A stretch of DNA of 64,000 nt, taken from contig JBCKHB010000003.1 of the NCBI GenBank assembly GCA_038906075.1, positions 5,958 to 69,957 of the forward strand, given 5' to 3'. The notes below the pieces were generated by a model. The model saw nothing but the letters and a program-made list of their open reading frames with translations. It ran no database searches and had not been told where the DNA came from. Positions 9,339-17,595 of the stretch are shown here, piece after piece (position 1 is the first letter of the stretch; each line of letters begins with the position of its first letter). The position numbers and the translations under genes are program-made. This DNA is from Candidatus Planktophila sp. GTDB taxonomy: Bacteria; Actinomycetota; Actinomycetes; Nanopelagicales; Nanopelagicaceae.

Positions 9339-10190
9339 GTGAATCGTTTCAAGTCTGTTGGTATCGGTGTGTTGGCTGCTGTTGTGGTGCTTGGCGGCCT
9401 TCAGGTGGCCAGTGCAAATACTCCTTCGTCGAAGACGGCTGCGTCTACTAAGGCTCCGACTGCGGTTGCGCCACCGACCGCGACCACGAACGAGCAGTGC
9501 AGGGCCAACAACAAGAACGGGAACAAGTCCAAGGACAACAACAAGGACGGGCAGAAGAACTGCGGAAGTGCATATGCAATTGGGGACACCGGCCCTGCTG
9601 GAGGAAAGATATTTATTCTTCCCTTATCACAAGATGGTTTAGGTGGTGCTTATTATTACGAAGCAGCGCCTAACAATTGGTTTAACGGTAGCGAAGATCC
9701 AACAATGGCGTGGGCAACGACTCATGCTGGCTGTGGAAATTCATCAGAAGCAGATTGCCAAACATACAGTATTTATACTGATGCTGCCGCGAGTGACAGT
9801 AGAACTGCAAGTACAGCAATAGGAATGGGGCAGACAAATACCACCACTATTGTTGCCAAACATGCTGGAGTAACCTTTTCGACATATGCTGCTGGGTTAG
9901 CCGATAGCTACACCGTTACCACTAGCGGCGTTGCTTACTCAGATTGGTTCTTGCCCTCTAAAGAGGAACTCAATCAACTCTGCTGGTATGCAAATGGGCA
10001 GACGCAAAGTACCGAGGTTTGCAACAGCAGCAGCTCATTTGACTACAGTTTTGCTGCGAGCAGCGGCTACTGGAGCTCCTCTGAGAGCAGCGCGGACAGC
10101 GCGAGTATCCAGTACTTCTTTTACCTGTTCCAGTCCCCCTTCGTGAAGAACCAAGCGAATCTCTTCGTTCGTCCTGTTCGGCGCTTTTAG
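9339..10190 (+). CDS. secreted protein with C-terminal C-type-lectin-fold (DUF1566/Lcl-like) domain; candidate DGR target
   Basis: GTG start after GAAGGGG SD; signal peptide ending ASA; motifs YAIGDTGPAGG, YYEAAP, AIGMGQTNT, DWFLPSKEELNQL, YWSSSE, terminal VRPVRRF. Confidence 0.85.
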   Translation: MNRFKSVGIGVLAAVVVLGGLQVASANTPSSKTAASTKAPTAVAPPTATTNEQCRANNKNGNKSKDNNKDGQKNCGSAYAIGDTGPAGGKIFILPLSQDGLGGAYYYEAAPNNWFNGSEDPTMAWATTHAGCGNSSEADCQTYSIYTDAAASDSRTASTAIGMGQTNTTTIVAKHAGVTFSTYAAGLADSYTVTTSGVAYSDWFLPSKEELNQLCWYANGQTQSTEVCNSSSSFDYSFAASSGYWSSSESSADSASIQYFFYLFQSPFVKNQANLFVRPVRRF

Positions 10191-10382
10191 TTAATTCATC
10201 TATTCATCTATTTAACAATTTTGCTTTTAACTTTTTAAAACTTACCAATCCTGGGTCTGCGCTACATAAAGGAATAAAAGTTATTGGGTAGTCAATAGAC
10301 GCAAATGCGCAGTCTGACCATTTTAGAAATGATTTAGTCTTGAACAGGCCCGCCGCGATTCAAAGATTCATTTGCGACATAG

Positions 10383-10424
10383 TGAGGTTCCCCAAGAAAA
10401 GTAGACACTGATTTATGCAGCCTG
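10383..10424 (-). mobile_element. IS3-family right-end remnant (IR plus last codons of the transposase)
   Basis: Minus strand reads CAG GCT GCA TAA ATCAGTGTCTACTTTTCTTGGGGAACCTCA: a QAA* terminus followed by an IR ending in CA, the usual IS3/IS150-group layout. Confidence 0.6.
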
Positions 10425-10427
10425 GTT

Positions 10428-10541
10428 GGAACTGCCATGGGTATCGGTACGGGCGATAACAACACTATTAGGATTATTGCCCAGAGTCCTACTGCTGGTA
10501 GAGCGGCGACAGCATCACGGGCCTATGCGGGCGGTGGTCTC
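10428..10541 (+). pseudogene. internal fragment of a second DUF1566/Lcl-like paralog
   Basis: Translates GTAMGIGTGDNNTIRIIAQSPTAGRAATASRAYAGGGL, homologous to TAIGMGQTNTTTIVAK...AAGLADSY of 9339-10190; lacks both ends. Confidence 0.7.
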
Positions 10542-10696
10542 ATGTGGCATACCCAAGGTTCAGGCAAGGTTTTGTATTCGGACTTGAAATCTTTCTTTTA
10601 GGATTGACTGCCTGGCTAGTCACATCCTAACTTGGGATGTTTAGAACAGAATCAACATAACGGATTCCAATGTAAAGTCATGGGCAAAACATGGGC

Positions 10697-10736
10697 AATA
10701 AAAAACCACTTTCTTAGACAGAGCTAGGAAAGTGGT
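10697..10736 (-). terminator. intrinsic terminator downstream of the tRNA-Ser fragment
   Basis: Stem ACCACTTTC(T)TAG / CTA(G)GAAAGTGGT, followed on the minus strand by TTTTTATT. Confidence 0.7.
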
Positions 10737-10745
10737 CTTTCTGAG

Positions 10746-10805
10746 CGGAGACGAAAAGATTTTAACTCGCGAAGGTATTTCTACCTTACATCGTTAGCAG
10801 TGAGG
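10746..10805 (-). pseudogene. degenerate 3' portion of tRNA-Ser(GCU) (att-site remnant)
   Basis: Minus strand: CCTCA-CTGCTAA-CGATG T AAGGTA-GAAA-TACCTT C GCGAG-TTAAAAT-CTTTT CGTCTCC G. This gives a GCT anticodon loop, long variable arm, T arm, acceptor strand and discriminator G in exact register; the D arm and 5' acceptor strand are absent. Confidence 0.8.
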
Positions 10806-10914
10806 CGACAATTAAAACTCACTTAGCCGCAATCTATAGAAAGCTAAGCGCCGAAAATCGAACGCAAGCGGTCTCTATCGCCAGAAAAGCTGGCTTACTT
10901 TCAAATCTGTAAAA
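10799..10914 (+). repeat. 116-bp direct repeat, right copy (displaced response-regulator 3' end)
   Basis: Still reads EATIKTHLAAIYRKLSAENRTQAVSIARKAGLLSNL* and overlaps the glycosyltransferase stop codon. Confidence 0.95.
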
Positions 10915-12061
10915 CTTTTCGAAATTCGCTAGCCCAAATTTCCCAGCGCCACTTTTCTGTAATCCATTTTCTACCCGCTAGCCCCATATCTGCGCAGCGT
11001 GCTGGGTCTCCAAGTAATTCTAAAATTGCCACCACAATTTCTGCCCGCTCTGTTCCATCAACAACTAGGCCCGTTACGCTTTCAATAACGGCATCCGGTG
11101 CCCCACCCGATGAGCCTGCTATTACTGGTAAACCACAAGCACTTGCTTCAAGATAAACAATTCCGAGACCTTCAACTTCTAAACCGTTGAAGCGAGACCG
11201 CGCGGGCATAGCAAAAATATCGCCAACACATAAATATCTAGGTAGTTCTCCATATTGAATTCGACCAACAAATGTAACGTTTTCTTCTAGGCGATATTTT
11301 CTAACCAAGGACTCTAAATGATTACGGTATGGGCCTTGTCCAACTAATAAGAGATGCGCAGCAGGCTCGTGCTCTAAAATTTGCGCCATAGCTTCAATTA
11401 AAGCGTCTTGCCCCTTTCGGTGCACTAAGCGAGCAACGCAGATAATAACTTTCTTGAATTCCAAAGCTAAACTTTTACGCAAATCTGTGGCATCAACAGG
11501 TTTGAAGCGTTCAATATCTATTCCGGGGGCAATCTTGACCATTGATTGCCTAGCCCTTGTACTTAAACTTTTAGAAATTGCAGAGCGCGTAAATTCACCA
11601 AGATATGTAAGAACATCAACGCTATTGCCAATCTGGCGCATGGCAATATTAAAAGGAAATATTTTTGCCCACCAAACTTCGTGACCATGCGTCATTGCAA
11701 CTATTCGCATTACTCCAGCGCGACGAAGGGCTGGTGCCAATAAAGCCAGCGGGGCTGCAGCGCCAAAAGCTACGCTTTGAATTCCTTGGTTCCGGGCAAT
11801 CTTGCAAACCGCCCGCGCAACGCGTGGCGTTGGCAGCAATATTTTCGAGCGATCTCTAATTACTTCAACACCAAATTCGCTCATCCACTTTGCATCGTAG
11901 GCAGAAGTATCTTTTTGGGCCGATGTATAAACAATTACTTGATTTTTTGGCAAGCGTTCGATTAAGCCAATAATAAAAGTTTCGATACCTCCGGCTCTTG
12001 GGCCAAAATCATTGGTAACGAATAAAAGTTTGCTTGTACTAGAAACGCGATGCGCATTCAC
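10901..12061 (-). CDS. GT4 glycosyltransferase, PimB'-like phosphatidylinositol mannosyltransferase
   Basis: VTNDFGPRAGGIE, RLVHRKGQD, EGLGIVYLEA motifs; synteny with fadD15. Confidence 0.9.
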   Translation of the reverse strand: MNAHRVSSTSKLLFVTNDFGPRAGGIETFIIGLIERLPKNQVIVYTSAQKDTSAYDAKWMSEFGVEVIRDRSKILLPTPRVARAVCKIARNQGIQSVAFGAAAPLALLAPALRRAGVMRIVAMTHGHEVWWAKIFPFNIAMRQIGNSVDVLTYLGEFTRSAISKSLSTRARQSMVKIAPGIDIERFKPVDATDLRKSLALEFKKVIICVARLVHRKGQDALIEAMAQILEHEPAAHLLLVGQGPYRNHLESLVRKYRLEENVTFVGRIQYGELPRYLCVGDIFAMPARSRFNGLEVEGLGIVYLEASACGLPVIAGSSGGAPDAVIESVTGLVVDGTERAEIVVAILELLGDPARCADMGLAGRKWITEKWRWEIWASEFRKVLQI

Positions 12062-12175
12062 AAGGGAAGGCTAACCGAGGCTCCCGCTAGCATTCAAATC
12101 ATTTTGAGCGTGCGTCCTGTGAGATAATCGAAAAATTATGGATACCGCTGCTAAAAAAGGCTCTAATCTTCACAC

Positions 12176-12667
12176 ATGTCAGTTATGGCAACTCTTGTCG
12201 TTGGTAGTGATGGATCTGCGACGATGCATGGAAAATCAAAAGGGGTATCAAGTGGCGCAGATAGAGAAATATTTCTCAAAAGACGGCGCGAAATGGACTG
12301 CATAATTATTGGTGGAAATACTGCGCGAAATGAACCTTACTTGCGAACACCTGTACCCCTTGTCATCTTATCTAGTAGGCAAATTAATCCATTATCAGAG
12401 AATCCGTTAGCCCGTCTTTGGAATTGCCAACCAACAGAGGCGGTCGCTCGTGCGCGAGAAGAGTTTGGCGAAAATATTTTAATTGAAGGCGGGCCGGCGC
12501 TGATAAATGAATTTATGGCTCTTGGCCTGATAGATGAACTTGAATTAAGTATTACTCAAATAAGCGGCGGCGAAAACAAAATTGATGTAGAAAAATTATT
12601 AGGCACTTTTTCAAAGCAGGAAAGGCTAGAAATTGATGGAACAATTTTTTGGTCTTGTAAACGCTAG
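12176..12667 (+). CDS. RibD C-terminal / dihydrofolate reductase-like protein
   Basis: DG...D + IIGGNTAR, ILIEGGP, LIDELELSI motifs. Confidence 0.85.
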   Translation: MSVMATLVVGSDGSATMHGKSKGVSSGADREIFLKRRREMDCIIIGGNTARNEPYLRTPVPLVILSSRQINPLSENPLARLWNCQPTEAVARAREEFGENILIEGGPALINEFMALGLIDELELSITQISGGENKIDVEKLLGTFSKQERLEIDGTIFWSCKR

Positions 12668-13503
12668 AAAGCCGAAATCAGGGCTACGCCAGTAATAGCT
12701 AGTACCACTCCTAAGTATTGAACTTTATGTAAACGCTCATGTAAAAATTTAAAGGCCAGCATTGCAGTTGCAATTGGATATAGCGAACCTAGGACCATTA
12801 CAATTGAAACTAAACCAAGGGTAGTTGCCATTCCTAAGAATAAATTGGCAATAAAATCAGCAACCCCAATGAAGATGAGACTAGGCAATTCTGCCTTTGA
12901 AAATCCGCCCGTACTTTTAAAACGAATTACAATTACGATAGTTACAAATAAAGTAGAAAGGCGCATCGCCACCATTGTCATTAGCGCACTCGTTTGCGAA
13001 CCAACTGCCATAAAGGTCATGGCTGTTCCGAAACAGAGCGCAGCACACACTGCAAGTAAAATTGGTTTTAGCGGCAAGCCTTGTGAAATTTCAGGACCGC
13101 TTGCACAAAAAGCACCTGCTAGGGCTAGGACTACACCGATGGATGTAATTAGAGAAAGCGAATCTCCTTTTATCAACGCATACGAGAGCGGGATTACTGC
13201 ACCCAGAGCGCTAATAGGTGCAACAACTCCCATGCGCCCGATTGAAAGTCCGGTATATAAACAGATCAGTCCAACATAACCAAAGAGACCCGCAAACATT
13301 CCAGGAATAAAATAGCCACCGTTACCGAACGCTTTGAAATGCCATGAAGAAGTTGTAATAACAATTGCTAAACCAAAAATCAAACTAATTACCTGTGAAG
13401 CACCTAAAACCGCAATAGGTGCGTGCTTTTTGCTCAGCCGTCCGCCTTCAAAATCGGCGCTCCCCCAGAGCGCACTAGATATGAGTGCTAGCAAAATGGC
13501 CAT
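12664..13503 (-). CDS. EamA/DMT family transporter
   Basis: LWGSADF.GG N-terminus, SLYP motif, ~10 TM helices. Confidence 0.9.
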   Translation of the reverse strand: MAILLALISSALWGSADFEGGRLSKKHAPIAVLGASQVISLIFGLAIVITTSSWHFKAFGNGGYFIPGMFAGLFGYVGLICLYTGLSIGRMGVVAPISALGAVIPLSYALIKGDSLSLITSIGVVLALAGAFCASGPEISQGLPLKPILLAVCAALCFGTAMTFMAVGSQTSALMTMVAMRLSTLFVTIVIVIRFKSTGGFSKAELPSLIFIGVADFIANLFLGMATTLGLVSIVMVLGSLYPIATAMLAFKFLHERLHKVQYLGVVLAITGVALISAF

Positions 13504-13563
13504 TTAGCAAGGTTACCGCCCTGCCTCCCACAATCGCGACGATTAATTCTTTACATTAAGGTA

Positions 13564-14142
13564 GTGGATTCCCAAGGTTTTGATCGCATGATTGAAGTGC
13601 TTCGCACCTTTACTCCTCGATCGGAAATTATTTTAGAAGAAGTACCTTCACCTCAAAAACTAGCGAAATATTCCTTTGCATTCTCAGCCGATGTTAGTAA
13701 TGGCTTACTTGCAGATGATGAAGCTGAGGTTGCATCAGGCCGTTTTGTCTTACTACACGAACCCGGCGGACAAGAAACATGGGAGGGTGAATTTCGTTGT
13801 GTAACTTTTGTACGGGCAGACCTTGATACGGTTATGGAAGAAGATCCGATGTTGCCCGAAGTCGGTTGGAATTGGTTTTTAGAATCCTTAGGAAGCACAG
13901 GTTGCATAATCAACGCACCATCTGGAACAGTAACGCGAGTAACTAGCGCATCTTTTGGAAAGTTATCGCCAAGAAATAATAAAGCGGAAATTGAAATTCG
14001 CGCTTCTTGGACTCCAGTTATTAATAAACCAGAAGAAATGATGCAACACATAGGGGGTTGGTGCAATCTCATTGGTGAAATTGCAGGTTTGCCAGCAATT
14101 CCTGATGGCGTATCGGCAATAACTGCAACACGTCGTCGTTGA
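13564..14142 (+). CDS. DUF3000 family protein
   Basis: GRFVLLHEP.GQETWEG.FR, SGTVT, EIRASWTP; synteny with rnd. Confidence 0.88.
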   Translation: MDSQGFDRMIEVLRTFTPRSEIILEEVPSPQKLAKYSFAFSADVSNGLLADDEAEVASGRFVLLHEPGGQETWEGEFRCVTFVRADLDTVMEEDPMLPEVGWNWFLESLGSTGCIINAPSGTVTRVTSASFGKLSPRNNKAEIEIRASWTPVINKPEEMMQHIGGWCNLIGEIAGLPAIPDGVSAITATRRR

Positions 14143-14148
14143 AATAAA

Positions 14149-15453
14149 ATGTCCGAGACCATAGAAGAAGAAGTAACCGCGCCCATACCTTTACGCCACC
14201 CTGCGCAGGGAACTCCCCCGATTATTGATACCGAGAGCGCTTTTAGCGATGCGATTAAAGAATTATCACAAGGAAGCGGTCCGTTTGCAGTAGATGCTGA
14301 AAGAGCATCAGGGTTTCGCTATAGTGCGCGGGCATATTTAATCCAGATCAAGCGAATCGGCGGCGGATTACATCTAATTGACCCAATTGCATTTGGAACG
14401 AGCCATAAAATCTTTAAAGAACTAAATGATTTGCTGGCGCGGGGTGAGGTAATTTTGCATGCAAGCACTCAGGATTTACCTTGCCTACGCGAAATTGGGA
14501 TTAATCCCAGCAAACTCTTTGACACTGAATTAGGTGCTCGCATCGCAGGCCTACCCCGCGTAGGTTTAAGCCCGCTACTTGAATCGCTAATGGGTTTCTC
14601 ACTTGCCAAAGAACATAGCGCCGCCGATTGGTCTACCCGACCCCTTGCCCGAGATTGGTTAACTTATGCCGCATTAGATGTAGAACTACTGATTGAATTA
14701 CGAAATATTATTTCAGAACTTTTAAGTAGCGCTAATAAATTGGCTTGGGCAGAAGAGGAATTCGCAGCCATTCTAAAAGCCCCACCACCTGCCCCAAGAA
14801 TTGATCCTTGGCGGCGAACTTCAGGAATGCATAAAATTAAGCGGCGCGACCAGCTAGCAATTATTAAAGATTTATGGATAGCACGAGATAGCCTTGCTGC
14901 AAAAGCAGATATTGCATCTGGAAAATTACTTAGTGACTTAGCAATCGTGCAACTTGCAATTACGCCGCCTACTGATCGCAAGGGTATGGAGAAAGCGCTG
15001 CGCCCACTTGGCTCGCGAGCGCGCTGGTTTGAAAATACCGCGCTCTGGTTAGAAACAATTGCCGATGCGATCCAAATCCCAGAAGAGTTGTGGCCGCCGA
15101 TGCGATCTAGCGCCGATACTTTGCCGCCAATAAAAATTTGGCGTGAACGTTTTCCAGAAAAATTCGCACCCCTATCCCATGCGCGATATGGCCTGGAAAT
15201 TCGTGCGCAAGAATTAGCGATTCCACTGGAAAATCTAATTACCCCAGAACTAATCCGCCGAATTTGTTGGGATCCACCTGCTGGGTCAACCCAAAGTAGC
15301 GATGAGAGCGCCGTACGTAGCGCGCTAGCCAAATTGGGGGCCAGACAATGGCAGATAGATATTGCAGCTCCTATCGTGACGCTAGCCCTTTTAGAGCGTA
15401 TTCCTAGGCCAGAGCCTATAGTTGCGCCTGAAAACGTGGCAGAGATAACCTGA
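14149..15453 (+). CDS. rnd: ribonuclease D (3'-5' exonuclease + HRDC)
   Basis: AVDAERASG, LHA..QDL, FDTEL, YAALDVE DEDDy motifs. Confidence 0.93.
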   Translation: MSETIEEEVTAPIPLRHPAQGTPPIIDTESAFSDAIKELSQGSGPFAVDAERASGFRYSARAYLIQIKRIGGGLHLIDPIAFGTSHKIFKELNDLLARGEVILHASTQDLPCLREIGINPSKLFDTELGARIAGLPRVGLSPLLESLMGFSLAKEHSAADWSTRPLARDWLTYAALDVELLIELRNIISELLSSANKLAWAEEEFAAILKAPPPAPRIDPWRRTSGMHKIKRRDQLAIIKDLWIARDSLAAKADIASGKLLSDLAIVQLAITPPTDRKGMEKALRPLGSRARWFENTALWLETIADAIQIPEELWPPMRSSADTLPPIKIWRERFPEKFAPLSHARYGLEIRAQELAIPLENLITPELIRRICWDPPAGSTQSSDESAVRSALAKLGARQWQIDIAAPIVTLALLERIPRPEPIVAPENVAEIT

Positions 15454-15505
15454 TTTACGCAACATCTGAATTGTGGAAATGCTCAGAGAACCCTAGATTT
15501 ATCCC

Positions 15506-16336
15506 GTGCTCACTAACTTCATCATCGCACTTCGAGAGGGCCTAGAAGCCGCGCTCATCATAGGAATTCTTGTCGCTTACATTGTTCGTACGAATCGACG
15601 CGAACTTCTTAAACCCCTCTGGACCGGCGTCATCCTTGCAGTTCTGCTTAGCCTTGCTCTTGGCGCATTTCTCACATACTCATCCACGCAACTCTCGCCA
15701 CGTGGTGAAAAATTCTTTGCGGGCACAGCATCCTTCATCGCCGTAGCTCTTGTGACATGGATGGTCTTCTGGATGAAACGCACAGCGCGCTATTTGAAAG
15801 ATGATTTACATGGCAAAGTTGATAAGGCGCTTCTTACGGGTCCAACTGCCATTGCGACCGTTGCATTTGTTGCAGTTGTTCGCGAAGGCCTTGAGACCGC
15901 TCTCTTTGTCTACGCTAACTTTAAGGTTGTAGGCGCAGGATCTAGCGCAAGCCTTGGGCTTCTTCTCGGTTTTGGAGCAGCGATTACTCTTGGATATTTG
16001 ATCTACAACCGTTCGGTAAGACTTGATCTTGGTAAATTTTTTACCTATACCGGAATTGCCCTGATCATTGTTGCAGCCGGTGTTCTTTCATATGGAGTGC
16101 ATGAGTATCAAGAACTCGGATGGTTGCCCGGCGTCGATGCTTTCTTATGGGATGTCACTCCGTGGATTGCCAAAGATTCTATTCTTGGAGCCACACTCAG
16201 TGGCACTATTGGTTTTGATACAACGACCTCCTATTCTCAGATAGTTCTCTGGGGGCTGTATCTGGTAGCGGTCCTCGTGCCATATCTGGCAAAGCCAAAG
16301 AAGATCTCCACCAATGGAGTAGGTACTTCGGTATAA
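15506..16336 (+). CDS. efeU: FTR1/EfeU family iron permease
   Basis: Two REGLE motifs, ~7 TM helices. Confidence 0.92.
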   Translation: MLTNFIIALREGLEAALIIGILVAYIVRTNRRELLKPLWTGVILAVLLSLALGAFLTYSSTQLSPRGEKFFAGTASFIAVALVTWMVFWMKRTARYLKDDLHGKVDKALLTGPTAIATVAFVAVVREGLETALFVYANFKVVGAGSSASLGLLLGFGAAITLGYLIYNRSVRLDLGKFFTYTGIALIIVAAGVLSYGVHEYQELGWLPGVDAFLWDVTPWIAKDSILGATLSGTIGFDTTTSYSQIVLWGLYLVAVLVPYLAKPKKISTNGVGTSV

Positions 16337-16356
16337 TTTGCTGCTTCCCTTTTCAC

Positions 16357-16371
16357 TTACTCATGGGTAAC
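16357..16371 (+). promoter_or_regulatory. imperfect palindrome next to the fadAB -10 element
   Basis: TTACTCATGGGTAAC followed by TAGTTT (16373-16378). Confidence 0.4.
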
Positions 16372-16407
16372 ATAGTTTCACACCCGAGAAAGAGATAAAA
16401 GATATTT

Positions 16408-17595
16408 ATGTCACGATCTGTCGTCCTGGTAGATGCTGTGCGCACACCTTTTGGAAAAGCAGGTGGAATGTATGCCGGAACTCGCGCCGATGATTTGATT
16501 GTGCGCGCGATTCGAGGCCTACTTGAACGCAATCCCAAGGTCGCCCTTGCCGATATTGATGATGTGGCAATTGCTGCGGCATCACAAACTGGTGATCAAG
16601 GAATGAACATTGGTCGAAGCGCATCACTTTTAGCAGGACTTCCGGTAACTGTTCCGGGATATTCAATCGACCGCTGGTGCGCAGGGGCGCTGACTGCAGT
16701 AACAACTATTAGTGGCGCAATTGCAATGGGTGCATACGAGATCGCGATCGCTGGCGGTGTTGAGCATATGGGCAATCACCCAATGGGCGAATTAATGGAT
16801 CCAAATCCACGTTATTTAGCCGAACGCATTGTCGAAGAAGATGCACTTTCTATGGGAAATACCGCCGAGCGGTTACATGATCGCTTCCCGCATTTAACAA
16901 AAGAACGCGCCGATAAATTCGCCCTTGCTTCTCAACTAAAGACTGCGAAGGCATATGCCGATGGAAAAATTCAACGTGACTTAATACCAACTGCAATGCG
17001 CAGCACCGAACTTGGTTTCGGAATTGCTACTGCTGATGAACCACCGCGTCCTGGAACAACCCTTGAAGCCCTTGCTGCGCTGAAAACTCCATTTCGTCCG
17101 GCAGGTCGTGTTACTGCGGGAAATGCTGCGGGATTAAATGACGGCGCAACTGCAGCGATTTTAGCTAGCGAAGAAAAAGCAATCGAATTAGGTCTTAGCA
17201 TTAAAGCGCGCCTGGTAACTTTTGCTTTTGCTGGCGTCGAGCCCGAAATAATGGGTTATGGCCCAGTACCTGCAACTATTAAAGCGTTGAAAAAAGCAGG
17301 GTTAAAGATTGAAGATATTGGATTATTTGAAGTCAATGAAGCATTTGCAATTCAAGTACTTGCATTTTTAGATCACTTCGCAATTGCCGATGACGACCCG
17401 CGCGTTAATCCTTTCGGTGGCGCGATCGCTGTTGGTCATCCCCTTGCTTCATCAGGAATTCGTTTGATTTTAAATCTGGCGCGCTCCTTTGAAGAACACC
17501 CAGAAGTGCGTTATGGAATAACAACTATGTGTATCGGTCTTGGCATGGGTGGCACGATTATTTGGGAAAATCCAAACTTTAAAGGCGCTAACTAA
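16408..17595 (+). CDS. fadA: acetyl-CoA C-acyltransferase (thiolase)
   Basis: IDRWCAG, NEAFA, GHPL, TMCIGLGMG motifs. Confidence 0.95.
   Translation: MSRSVVLVDAVRTPFGKAGGMYAGTRADDLIVRAIRGLLERNPKVALADIDDVAIAAASQTGDQGMNIGRSASLLAGLPVTVPGYSIDRWCAGALTAVTTISGAIAMGAYEIAIAGGVEHMGNHPMGELMDPNPRYLAERIVEEDALSMGNTAERLHDRFPHLTKERADKFALASQLKTAKAYADGKIQRDLIPTAMRSTELGFGIATADEPPRPGTTLEALAALKTPFRPAGRVTAGNAAGLNDGATAAILASEEKAIELGLSIKARLVTFAFAGVEPEIMGYGPVPATIKALKKAGLKIEDIGLFEVNEAFAIQVLAFLDHFAIADDDPRVNPFGGAIAVGHPLASSGIRLILNLARSFEEHPEVRYGITTMCIGLGMGGTIIWENPNFKGAN

Larger units (their letters stand above)
8849..10807. mobile_element. decayed integrative element / genomic islet (no integrase in window)
   Basis: Flanking 116-bp repeats, 14-bp core repeat, arm-type repeat pairs, tRNA fragment, IS end, low coding density. 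Confidence 0.75.

Noticed and set aside
9227-9642. Alternative ORFs 9227-9451 and 9358-9642, and the upstream start at 9288
   Set aside because: By-products of the tandem repeat and GC-rich codons; GTG 9339 has the SD and gives a clean signal peptide.
8849-10800. A complete DGR (RT + template repeat + accessory gene) or an intact integrase in the islet
   Set aside because: No RT or integrase ORF, and I found no second copy of the 10068-10190 segment; only a candidate target can be claimed.
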